Shown here one piece after another: positions 33,401-43,385 of a stretch of DNA of 64,000 nt. The stretch's first letter is position 1. Each line of letters begins with the position of its first letter. The stretch spans positions 682,001 through 746,000 of the forward strand of contig LSRY02000015.1 of NCBI GenBank assembly GCA_001643675.2. Direction: 5' to 3'. The notes beneath the pieces are model-generated. The model was given only the letters and a program-made list of their open reading frames with translations. It made no database searches and was not told the origin of the DNA. Source of the stretch: Monocercomonoides exilis PA203. Taxonomy: Eukaryota; Protista; Preaxostyla. Position numbers and translations under genes: made by a program.

Positions 33401-35220
33401 TCATCTGCTCTGATTCTGCTTCACTGTCTATTTCCAGTTTGAAAGGAGGAGATGGAGTTTTCCCAGACATATCGATGTGGATATTGAATGATGGATGTCT
33501 AATTGAAGGGATTGTTTCTGAAAGAGCATCACCATTCCACATTCCAGTGTTGGAGAGTGTTGAAACAAGGGAAGAAGGAGAAGAAGCTGAGGTTGTGTTC
33601 AAAGGGAAGCTTCTTCTCCCGTGCAACTTGTCATTCATGATTGTGAAACAGATTGGGGACGAAAAGCAGATAGAGAAATATGAGTTTGATGAGAGTGGAT
33701 TTGTGTCGGAAACAGAAGTCGAAGGGAGATTGGAAAAGGAGAGGATAAGCGAGGCAGGAGAAGAGGCAGAGGTGAGAGTGAGCATTCTGTTTGGGGACGG
33801 AAATAATCCATCGTCCACTGATTCTTTCATTGTGAAGAACAGAAGTGAGCCCAAGGCTAATGGAGATGAAAGGATTGCCGAGGGAGGGAAAGAAAGGAAA
33901 TCATATTGGTTGTTGATTGTTATTGTGCTTGTTATTTTATTGTTGATTGTTCTTATTGTTTCTGTTATTCTTGCAATCACATGGAGAAAGGCAAAGAACG
34001 AGAATAAAGATCTGAGAGAGATTGTGAACGATAACATCAGAAAGGATCCGAAGGCGTTTGAGATGGTGACGATGGAGATGTCACCAGAGGCACAGTGGAG
34101 GAGAGCAGAGAAGGAGGCAGAGAAGAAGAATGAAGAAAGAATGAAGAAGAGAGTATACGAGAAAAGTTTGGGACACTCAGAGTCATCAGAGCATCTTCTT
34201 TCTGAGAGTGGCTCAACAGAATATATATTGGGAAAAGATTCAGACAAGATCCCTCAATGGATGTTGGAAAAAGTTGAAGAAGAGGAAATTAGAAAACAGA
34301 CTCCTTCTCCATCAATTTCTTCAACATGTTCAACTGATTCAGATTCCACATTTGTTCGAGGGGAAGATTTGTGCCCGACCACATCATCGATGTCGAATCT
34401 GGTGGATGCAATGGCCTGTTCATCTCCACATGAGAAACTGATTGTGGATTTGAGGGATTCGCTGTTCATGCTTTTGCATGGAAAGAACAAGACAAAGGAG
34501 ATGGCGATTGGCACTCTGCAGGAAAGAGAACAAACAGCTGCCCAGATCCTGTTCTGGGTGGCGAACGGGGCACTCCATTCATTTGATGAAATTGAAAACC
34601 CTCTTCAATCTCTTTCCAATCTGAGCCCTCACATTGTATTGTTCTCAGAACACATGGTGATCTGCATTGTGATGCATTCAGACTTATTGCCAGATGATGA
34701 TTCAGATTCATCCTCCATCTCATCATCAACTGTTGTGACATCTACAAGTGGCAATGATGATGAGGATTCTCTGCCCTCGTCTGCCTTTGAGGATGAAGAT
34801 AGTTTCAAAAAAGAGTGTCTGAGGTGGAAGGCTCCAGAGCTGCAGATAAACAAGAAGATGGGAGCAACAAAGGAGTCGGTTTCATTCTCGATAGGGATGA
34901 TGCTGTGGGAGTGCCTGACCCTTCAAATCCCGTTTGGGGAGTATGAGGCAGAGGTGGCAGGGCAGAAGATAGTGAATGGGGAAAGACCGATCTTGGGCAC
35001 TGTTAGACAAACGCGATTGTTTGAGATACTCAGGGATTGTCTATCAAATCATGTGAGCAGCAGACCTTCATTGCAAGGCATAAAGCGAGTATTCATCCAG
35101 CTATTTCCTGAATCAGGGCAAATGATTACGATGTCAGATGCTGTGGATTATGAAACAGAATCAGAGGAGCATGGAGGCGGGAATAGCGGAGATGGAGAAA
35201 CAAGTATTGTGAGTTATTAA
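27457..35220 (+). CDS. Giant single-pass membrane protein with degenerate kinase-like tail, paralog 2
   Basis: Uninterrupted ORF; first ATG at 27457 (MNVHLQFLACLLLA, signal-like). Same architecture as paralog 1. TM WLLIVIVLVILLLIVLIVSVILAITW; LRWKAPE; GMMLWECLT. Confidence 0.85.
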   Translation: MNVHLQFLACLLLANMFEIQGVSGSSTWKSEGILTNIHFSYYHAFSGQGNASDVRFPSKVDDNCLFEQQNAYGVKKWKSGISTVINAFLGFCNTSVGLKNLAFEYSSPSCVQIADKSTIMMESCVSHQTTTTPFLLQSGSINIVNLTLIPQISLCSRSLTFSSDDSNCVVLRNSIMTDLAVSSSDYFLLSGKSKSEQITNCAFRNMSMEFDKKSDKNIDHSCLLSLMENSLIYSCVNMFEGGISGGSFLSEEFICKNVTTHFGKREMNALEKNGQMNTTESQSFSLCEWTDCIAPQGGALYVHDNSNAILKVENSSFSRCNASSTRGGAIYALKIAECIVLHSTFIQCSCAATTDRGGGGIMVENINIQSKVDDCSFQNCSSGNDGGAINVRPTMTKKQKPCIINSIFSNCKVNHTTSSTGGAVEHWDCTDQVVISNCLFRNCYSKCGGGAVCQLINENNNGTLFFYCFFHNNSCEQGGHDIALHDSEANNIDSSCYSTRQTSNRVSTKYNSVVDKSDWLRNDFGKVRFVSSTQTQPNSKDTYACGMDKSYPCSTIGHCLTQLIPDFVSNVEVFSETIRETKGVDCGTNAFTIYGQSDSTTTVQTELEAAGLALFSVSTGALTVNDLALVHDSAYENNRASRLFEITGTGKMQVSRLNISVGSGHSTETTFTTELINVQGGMFQMENVNWVKTISTTSLISLSLINEISLTFSGSTFSGIERTRNGAAVISFSNYNANIDLDSCTFEGCGSTSSENGGSMMLCVGEENEVKVEGGSFDECYCSATDGLGGGIHLRLLNENPNFLISSSFGTNTAKWGSDIFVDSIDLETTAKSGKIAPLTASIETINKIRGFHNGDETIPIPLCAYLIPMPDEIFVSNVDAFNHSRCGFAEFPCLTLKHCLTRQEEEKKIIVEGMILMSDELAFEEKKHRIRGNDEISGWTISDASSPLNSAMITANVETIFSKLIFSLPSSFSLHSTFISSSSQLTMSQCFLSLQNPLLELTFLFLSVESGTLAIDSLSASSITLNGNSLISLSGSGTKAELMNTKWLNMTKSNFTEIERKAGSGGCVSIDNSDDEDSNSEINIEECVFDGCSVLADGGRGGAINAQLKGNIQMNIVSCTFTGCTAPAEEEGKTGFGGGTALKLIDDYSSFVISSPVFDKEKPNVAKYGNDLFVESSNLTKSITNTSLPFVSGHLPDISLDSMRGFDGNDTENAIPLIYFWFVLGSEIFIRDDGKDVCICGLSDYPCLSIDYSLDRLPEGNEKNINIIEKGYLQRSVDVSGISVKSDNEEVCSLECLSSLEGAEGTAMKIQGVTNFELIMFVMPSSFRNGVGYLMDVGSSEGSLTLKDCSFTKNEESGEEIEKMNYGLIKADEGSVVLEFVSMQSLCFSKDVISVLSSTILNIKNLTTKNVELEGASGLRISKSSRRENNEEEQDVIIEWSSFEEVTQNTTDDIPIIRNDNDDEPLKMVIRNTTMKRCGGMRCGKGGGMLCVLNEGGSFDCSFCTISECFCSSTGRGGWLFLECTSVVEQPLNFILSNITFRDNSAFRGRDVYVRCHSIETQIVDEQFLLDFRTPFVKDLAIWGCTTDSFVGEEDLLLRVVKYQSETIFVSSATGNHGDSKQCGEFKMPCHSLDVGVQHIIPSSYSQLLISEETIINGECDMHDVIIRSLQSPSTALVHLNSTISGNEGSLLKTSEKVRIESVKFNFDQSFSYSGSSLIHGSSGQLSLSFVDFSSAGGSNNNQLVVVLNSTLLSIAKGILHVDNCSVSLLSFMKPSFLLNGDEVSFTNMKLGQIESTRNVVEIGQCRNVVLNGIDANGVKLSEGCILSIGSLASGSVSVGSSSFKNCSRNSEGASVLSASSTSAQIVLSNCSCSNCNSLSSKGSMMEMNNAKDVLMDSCPFVGVLVKECESEINDAFDEICEWNGSLVHLENSNTHTKEIRMENSSKGGISIKGGKVVIEMGMMANNNPFIEKYPSLRRNIICSDSASLSISSLKGGDGVFPDISMWILNDGCLIEGIVSERASPFHIPVLESVETREEGEEAEVVFKGKLLLPCNLSFMIVKQIGDEKQIEKYEFDESGFVSETEVEGRLEKERISEAGEEAEVRVSILFGDGNNPSSTDSFIVKNRSEPKANGDERIAEGGKERKSYWLLIVIVLVILLLIVLIVSVILAITWRKAKNENKDLREIVNDNIRKDPKAFEMVTMEMSPEAQWRRAEKEAEKKNEERMKKRVYEKSLGHSESSEHLLSESGSTEYILGKDSDKIPQWMLEKVEEEEIRKQTPSPSISSTCSTDSDSTFVRGEDLCPTTSSMSNLVDAMACSSPHEKLIVDLRDSLFMLLHGKNKTKEMAIGTLQEREQTAAQILFWVANGALHSFDEIENPLQSLSNLSPHIVLFSEHMVICIVMHSDLLPDDDSDSSSISSSTVVTSTSGNDDEDSLPSSAFEDEDSFKKECLRWKAPELQINKKMGATKESVSFSIGMMLWECLTLQIPFGEYEAEVAGQKIVNGERPILGTVRQTRLFEILRDCLSNHVSSRPSLQGIKRVFIQLFPESGQMITMSDAVDYETESEEHGGGNSGDGETSIVSY

Positions 35221-38200
35221 AAGGAATGAAAAAGGCAATGAAGAATGTAGAATGAAGAATGAAGATATGTGATGTGTGATGTGAAAGTTCGATGAAATGG
35301 AGAATCTGTGAAACCATTTTTAAAAAAATGTGTTTTCAGTCTCTCTTTGTTCTTTTGTTCTTCCCTTTTGACACATTATTCTGAAGCCTCAAGCAAAAAG
35401 TTGGAAATGAAAATGAAAGATAAGAAACGGTGCATGCAATTATGAGGAATGATTGATGGATAGATCGGATTTAGAAGCGATTTTCTGATGAAAGATTTTG
35501 AGAATGTGTCATTTTGAATGTTACATCTCTGTTTGATCGAGCAAGCATATGCTTTGAAGAGAAAAAGATTGCGATTTAACGATCAACCTGAATCTTTTTA
35601 GTATTCAAAGCAATTGCAACATAAAAAAAGAAAAAGAACAATTTTTTTCTTTCAGTGTTTCTTTCGTTATTTCTTTGAGCAGTTGGCGTTTTTTTTTATT
35701 ATACAAGGGGAAAACTGTTAAGCATTATCAGGAGAAGAGTTTTTATGTGATGGAAACTGATTATTTTCACTGAGAGCAAACAGTTCCACAACGCCTCTAC
35801 AACGGGAGATAATCATAGAATATTGGATTTCCAGTTTTCAAAATATGTTAAAACGGCAGCACTCAAAGTTGGAGCACAGCCAAGGTGGATGGTCATTTAT
35901 CCAATTATCTGGACAATTGGCAGCACAGGGCCACATAATTCTATCTGCATTAACACAAGTTTTGGCACATCTATTAACTCTTCCGGATGAAAGGACAGTA
36001 TTCCATTCTTCTCAAGGAATGAGAGGAATACAAAATTTGGAGACAAAGATTTGTTAGTAAAGTTGTAATTGTCAATGACTTCATTGAGCTTTTCGCGATT
36101 TTTTGTGATACAGGTGATTGTGATTGGGGTGGACTTTTTAATGGGACACTTTCCTTTATTGGCACTTTTTATTAGTTTTGATGTGCCAATCAAGTGAGAA
36201 TGCCAAATAAGTTTCAACTCCCCAACTGACCTTTAAAATCAAAATTTGCACTATTATTTGCAAGGTTGTTTTTGTTTTTGTTTATTATCCATTTCGAAAT
36301 TGAGGTGTTTTTTTTTGTTAATTTCAAAGTCATTCTAAACATCCAACAAAGATTTTCTCAAAAATCTGAAATAGAGATTTGAAGAAATATTGACTTTTGT
36401 CTATTTATCTTTGAAAAATAACAAAAGATTTTAAAACGTTTTTCTTTTTTTAAATGGAATTTTTTTCATTTCACAATTTTTCTACAAACAGAAATCTCAT
36501 TTTGTTTTTTAATGATGATGGAAAAAATTGAAAAAAATTAAAAGCTTATTTGATGAATGTAAAATTGGGTGACAATGTGTGAGAAATATTGTCCATCACA
36601 AAATTTTGATTGTCCTTTGCTTGCATTTTGTTCCTTTCTTGAATTGATCCATGGTCAATTGATAATGAATTTCACAACGAAACATTTGTATTTATTCAAA
36701 TATAGATTTATTCAAATCTCCAAATTTCTGTTAAGTTCGATGATAATTATTAATGATTTTCCATCATCATTAAAAAACAAAATGAGATTTCTGTTTGTAG
36801 AAAAATTGTGAAATGAAAAAAATTCCATTTAAAAAAAGAAAAACGTTTTAAAATCTTTTGTTATTTTTCAAAGATAAATAGACAAAAGTCAATATTTCTT
36901 CAAATCTCTATTTCAGATTTTTGAGAAAATCTTTGTTGGATGTTTAGAATGACTTTGAAATTAACAAAAAAAAACACCTCAATTTCGAAATGGATAATAA
37001 ACAAAAACAAAAACAACCTTGCAAATAATAGTGCAAATTTTGATTTTAAAGGTCAGTTGGGGAGTTGAAACTTATTTGGCATTCTCACTTGATTGGCACA
37101 TCAAAACTAATAAAAAGTGCCAATAAAGGAAAGTGTCCCATTAAAAAGTCCACCCCAATCACAATCACCTGTATCACAAAAAATCGCGAAAAGCTCAATG
37201 AAGTCATTGACAATTACAACTTTACTAACAAATCTTTGTCTCCAAATTTTGTATTCCTCTCATTCCTTGAGAAGAATGGAATACTGTCCTTTCATCCGGA
37301 AGAGTTAATAGATGTGCCAAAACTTGTGTTAATGCAGATAGAATTATGTGGCCCTGTGCTGCCAATTGTCCAGATAATTGGATAAATGACCATCCACCTT
37401 GGCTGTGCTCCAACTTTGAGTGCTGCCGTTTTAACATATTTTGAAAACTGGAAATCCAATATTCTATGATTATCTCCCGTTGTAGAGGCGTTGTGGAACT
37501 GTTTGCTCTCAGTGAAAATAATCAGTTTCCATCACATAAAAACTCTTCTCCTGATAATGCTTAACAGTTTTCCCCTTGTATAATAAAAAAAAACGCCAAC
37601 TGCTCAAAGAAATAACGAAAGAAACACTGAAAGAAAAAAATTGTTCTTTTTCTTTTTTTATGTTGCAATTGCTTTGAATACTAAAAAGATTCAGGTTGAT
37701 CGTTAAATCGCAATCTTTTTCTCTTCAAAGCATATGCTTGCTCGATCAAACAGAGATGTAACATTCAAAATGACACATTCTCAAAATCTTTCATCAGAAA
37801 ATCGCTTCTAAATCCGATCTATCCATCAATCATTCCTCATAATTGCATGCACCGTTTCTTATCTTTCATTTTCATTTCCAACTTTTTGCTTGAGGCTTCA
37901 GAATAATGTGTCAAAAGGGAAGAACAAAAGAACAAAGAGAGACTGAAAACACATTTTTTTAAAAATGGTTTCACAGATTCTCCATTTCATCGAACTTTCA
38001 CATCACACATCACATATCTTCATTCTTCATTCTACATTCTTCATTGCCTTTTTCATTCCTTTTAATAACTCACAATACTTGTTTCTCCATCTCCGCTATT
38101 CCCGCCTCCATGCTCCTCTGATTCTGTTTCATAATCCACAGCATCTGACATCGTAATCATTTGCCCTGATTCAGGAAATAGCTGGATGAATACTCGCTTT

Positions 38201-41200
38201 ATGCCTTGCAATGAAGGTCTGCTGCTCACATGATTTGATAGACAATCCCTGAGTATCTCAAACAATCGCGTTTGTCTAACAGTGCCCAAGATCGGTCTTT
38301 CCCCATTCACTATCTTCTGCCCTGCCACCTCTGCCTCATACTCCCCAAACGGGATTTGAAGGGTCAGGCACTCCCACAGCATCATCCCTATCGAGAATGA
38401 AACCGACTCCTTTGTTGCTCCCATCTTCTTGTTTATCTGCAGCTCTGGAGCCTTCCACCTCAGACACTCTTTTTTGAAACTATCTTCATCCTCAAAGGCA
38501 GACGAGGGCAGAGAATCCTCATCATCATTGCCACTTGTAGATGTCACAACAGTTGATGATGAGATGGAGGATGAATCTGAATCATCATCTGGCAATAAGT
38601 CTGAATGCATCACAATGCAGATCACCATGTGTTCTGAGAACAATACAATGTGAGGGCTCAGATTGGAAAGAGATTGAAGAGGGTTTTCAATTTCATCAAA
38701 TGAATGGAGTGCCCCGTTCGCCACCCAGAACAGGATCTGGGCAGCTGTTTGTTCTCTTTCCTGCAGAGTGCCAATCGCCATCTCCTTTGTCTTGTTCTTT
38801 CCATGCAAAAGCATGAACAGCGAATCCCTCAAATCCACAATCAGTTTCTCATGTGGAGATGAACAGGCCATTGCATCCACCAGATTCGACATCGATGATG
38901 TGGTCGGGCACAAATCTTCCCCTCGAACAAATGTGGAATCTGAATCAGTTGAACATGTTGAAGAAATTGATGGAGAAGGAGTCTGTTTTCTAATTTCCTC
39001 TTCTTCAACTTTTTCCAACATCCATTGAGGGATCTTGTCTGAATCTTTTCCCAATATATATTCTGTTGAGCCACTCTCAGAAAGAAGATGCTCTGATGAC
39101 TCTGAGTGTCCCAAACTTTTCTCGTATACTCTCTTCTTCATTCTTTCTTCATTCTTCTTCTCTGCCTCCTTCTCTGCTCTCCTCCACTGTGCCTCTGGTG
39201 ACATCTCCATCGTCACCATCTCAAACGCCTTCGGATCCTTTCTGATGTTATCGTTCACAATCTCTCTCAGATCTTTATTCTCGTTCTTTGCCTTTCTCCA
39301 TGTGATTGCAAGAATAACAGAAACAATAAGAACAATCAACAATAAAATAACAAGCACAATAACAATCAACAACCAATATGATTTCCTTTCTTTCCCTCCC
39401 TCGGCAATCCTTTCATCTCCATTAGCCTTGGGCTCACTTCTGTTCTTCACAATGAAAGAATCAGTGGACGATGGATTATTTCCGTCCCCAAACAGAATGC
39501 TCACTCTCACCTCTGCCTCTTCTCCTGCCTCGCTTATCCTCTCCTTTTCCAATCTCCCTTCGACTTCTGTTTCCGACACAAATCCACTCTCATCAAACTC
39601 ATATTTCTCTATCTGCTTTTCGTCCCCAATCTGTTTCACAATCATGAATGACAAGTTGCACGGGAGAAGAAGCTTCCCTTTGAACACAACCTCAGCTTCT
39701 TCTCCTTCTTCCCTTGTTTCAACACTCTCCAACACTGGAATGTGGAATGGTGATGCTCTTTCAGAAACAATCCCTTCAATTAGACATCCATCATTCAATA
39801 TCCACATCGATATGTCTGGGAAAACTCCATCTCCTCCTTTCAAACTGGAAATAGACAGTGAAGCAGAATCAGAGCAGATGATGTTTCTTCGAAGAGATGG
39901 ATATTTTTCAATGAATGGATTGTTGTTTGCCATCATTCCCATCTCAATAACAACCTTTCCTCCTTTTATCGATATTCCTCCTTTCGATGAATTTTCCATC
40001 CTTATTTCTTTTGTATGTGTATTGGAGTTTTCTAGGTGAACAAGTGATCCATTCCATTCGCATATCTCATCAAATGCATCATTTATCTCGCTTTCGCATT
40101 CTTTTACAAGAACTCCGACAAATGGACACGAATCCATCAAAACATCCTTCGCATTGTTCATCTCCATCATGCTTCCTTTGCTTGACAGAGAATTGCAGTT
40201 TGAGCAGGAACAGTTAGAAAGAACAATTTGAGCAGAAGTTGAAGAAGCGGAAAGAACAGAAGCCCCTTCTGAATTCCTCGAGCAGTTCTTGAACGAGGAG
40301 CTTCCAACTGAAACACTTCCCGAAGCTAAACTGCCAATCGAAAGGATGCAACCCTCAGACAACTTCACTCCATTTGCATCAATTCCATTCAGCACAACAT
40401 TTCTGCATTGCCCAATCTCAACAACATTTCTTGTTGATTCAATCTGTCCCAGTTTCATATTTGTGAATGAGACCTCATCTCCATTTAACAGAAACGAAGG
40501 CTTCATGAACGAAAGGAGTGACACTGAGCAGTTGTCAACATGAAGAATCCCTTTGCAATGCTCAGCAATGTCGAGTTGAGAACAACAACAAGTTGGTTGT
40601 TGTTTGACCCTCCAGCAGATGAGAAGTCAACAAATGAAAGAGAAAGTTGCCCACTTGATCCATGAATGAGAGAACTGCCTGAATATGAAAACGATTGGTC
40701 AAAGTTGAATTTCACACTCTCAATCCGAACTTTCTCAGAAGTTTTGAGAAGACTGCCCTCATTGCCAGAAATTGTTGAGTTCAGATGCACCAAAGCAGTT
40801 GAGGGAGATTGAAGTGAGCGGATGATCACATCATGCATATCACATTCCCCATTGATGATCGTCTCCTCTGAGATCAACAGCTGCGAATATGATGAAGGAA
40901 TGATGTGTTGAACTCCAACATCCAATGAGTGGCAAGGCATTTTGAACTCTCCACATTGCTTGCTGTCTCCGTGGTTGCCTGTTGCTGAAGAAACAAATAT
41001 CGTCTCGCTCTGGTATTTCACAACCCTCAGCAGAAGATCCTCTTCCCCCACAAATGAGTCTGTTGTGCATCCCCATATTGCAAGATCCTTCACAAATGGT
41101 GTTCTGAAATCCAAAAGGAATTGCTCATCAACAATTTGTGTTTCGATTGAGTGGCATCGAACATACACATCTCTCCCTCTGAACGCAGAGTTGTCTCTGA

Positions 41201-43385
41201 ATGTGATATTCGACAGAATAAAGTTCAGAGGCTGCTCAACCACCGAGGTGCATTCCAGAAACAGCCACCCGCCTCTTCCTGTGCTCGAGCAGAAACACTC
41301 AGAAGTCGTGCAAAACGAGCAGTCGAAGCTTCCTCCCTCATTCAACACACAAAGCATCCCTCCCCCTTTCCACACCTCATTCCACCACATCTCTTCATTG
41401 TTGTGTTTCGAATTACCATTTTCAATGGCTCATCATCATTGTCATTTCTGATGATGGGAATATCATCTGTTGTATTTTGGGTGACTTCTTCGAATGAACT
41501 CCACTCGATGATAACATCTTGTTCTTCTTCATTATTTTCTCTCCTTGAGCTCTTTGATATCCTCAATCCGCTTGCTCCTTCAAGCTCAACATTCTTCGTT
41601 GTCAAGTTCTTAATGTTCAGAATCGTTGAAGATAACACAGAAATAACATCCTTTGAAAAACAAAGTGATTGCATTGACACAAATTCCAATACAACTGAGC
41701 CTTCATCTGCTTTGATCAGTCCATAATTCATCTTTTCTATTTCTTCTCCACTTTCTTCATTTTTTGTGAACGAGCAGTCTTTCAGAGTCAACGATCCTTC
41801 ACTTGATCCAACATCCATCAAATAACCGACTCCATTTCTGAAGGATGATGGCATCACAAACATAATCAGTTCAAAATTCGTAACACCCTGAATCTTCATT
41901 GCAGTTCCTTCTGCTCCTTCAAGCGATGAGAGACATTCCAAAGAGCACACTTCTTCATTATCCGATTTCACTGATATTCCACTCACATCAACACTCCTCT
42001 GAAGATACCCTTTTTCAATGATGTTAATATTCTTTTCATTTCCCTCAGGCAATCGATCCAATGAATAATCAATTGATAAACAAGGATAATCTGAAAGACC
42101 ACAAATGCATACATCTTTTCCGTCATCTCTGATAAATATTTCCGAGCCAAGAACGAACCAGAAATACACCAGTGGAACGGCATTCGTTGTATCACTTCCA
42201 TCAAACCCTCTCATGGAATTCAATGAAATACCATCCAGATGCTCAGACACAAATGGAAGAGAGGTGTTTGTGATGCTCTTTGTCAAGTTGGATGACTCAA
42301 CAAACAGGTCATTTCCATATTTTGCAACATTTGGTTTTTCTAAATCAAAAACAGGGGATGAAATCACAAACGAAGAATAATCATCAATTAACTTCAGTGC
42401 CGTTCCTCCTCCAAACCCAGTTTTCCCTTCTTCTTCAGCTGGTGCTGTGCATCCTGTAAATGTGCATGAAACAATATTCATTTGAATATTCCCTTTCAAC
42501 TGCGCATTGATTGCACCTCCTCTGCCTCCATCAGCCAGCACAGAGCATCCATCAAAAACACATTCTTCAATATTTATTTCTGAATTTGAATCTTCATCAT
42601 CGCTGTTATCGATGCTCACACATCCTCCACTTCCTGCTTTTCTTTCTATTTCTGTGAAATTGCTTTTCGTCATGTTCAACCATTTGGTGTTCATTAGCTC
42701 GGCCTTTGTTCCGCTTCCAGACAAAGAGATCAATGAATTTCCATTCAAAGTGATTGATGAAGCTGATAACGAGTCAATAGCCAATGTCCCAGATTCAACA
42801 GATAAAAACAGAAATGTCAATTCTAATAATGGATTTTGAAGGGAAAGAAAACATTGAGACATAGTCAGTTGTGAAGAAGATGATATGAAAGTGGAGTGAA
42901 GAGAAAACGAAGAAGGAAGAGAGAATATCAACTTTGAAAAGATTGTTTCAACATTTGCTGTTATCATCGCTGAGTTTAATGGTGAGCTTGCATCAGAGAT
43001 TGTCCAGCCACTGATTTCATCGTTTCCTCGGATTCTGTGTTTCTTTTCTTCAAACGCCAATTCGTCACTCATCAATATCATCCCTTCAACAATAATCTTC
43101 TTTTCCTCTTCTTGTCTTGTCAAGCAATGCTTCAGTGTTAGACAGGGAAACTCAGCAAACCCACAACGAGAGTGATTGAATGCATCAACATTACTCACAA
43201 AGATCTCATCTGGCATAGGAATCAGATAGGCACACAAAGGAATCGGAATCGTTTCATCACCATTGTGGAATCCCCGAATTTTGTTTATCGTTTCAATTGA
43301 AGCTGTCAACGGGGCTATCTTTCCACTTTTTGCTGTTGTTTCCAGATCGATTGAGTCAACAAAAATGTCACTTCCCCATTTGGCT
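29895..43385. repeat. ~6.6-kb inverted duplication (arms 29895-36525 and 36757-43385, 231-bp spacer)
   Basis: Mirror-image ORFs, with coordinate sums of 73282 near the centre. Arms are near-identical, including non-coding DNA. Confidence 0.93.
36127..37155. mobile_element. Foldback/MITE-like element (~400-bp arms) at the centre of the large palindrome
   Basis: Begins GGGTGGACTTTTTAATGGGACACTTTCCTTTATTGGCACTTTTT, clearly related to the terminus of the 50828-51838 foldback element (GGGTCAACTTTTTAATGGGACTTTTTCCCTTATTGGCACTTTTT). Similar ~1-kb size. Confidence 0.75.

Noticed and set aside
35897-37385. Mirror 106-aa ORFs at the palindrome centre and similar ORFs in other TIRs
   Set aside because: They straddle transposon termini, lack ATG starts or motifs, and are duplicated only because of the inverted repeat.
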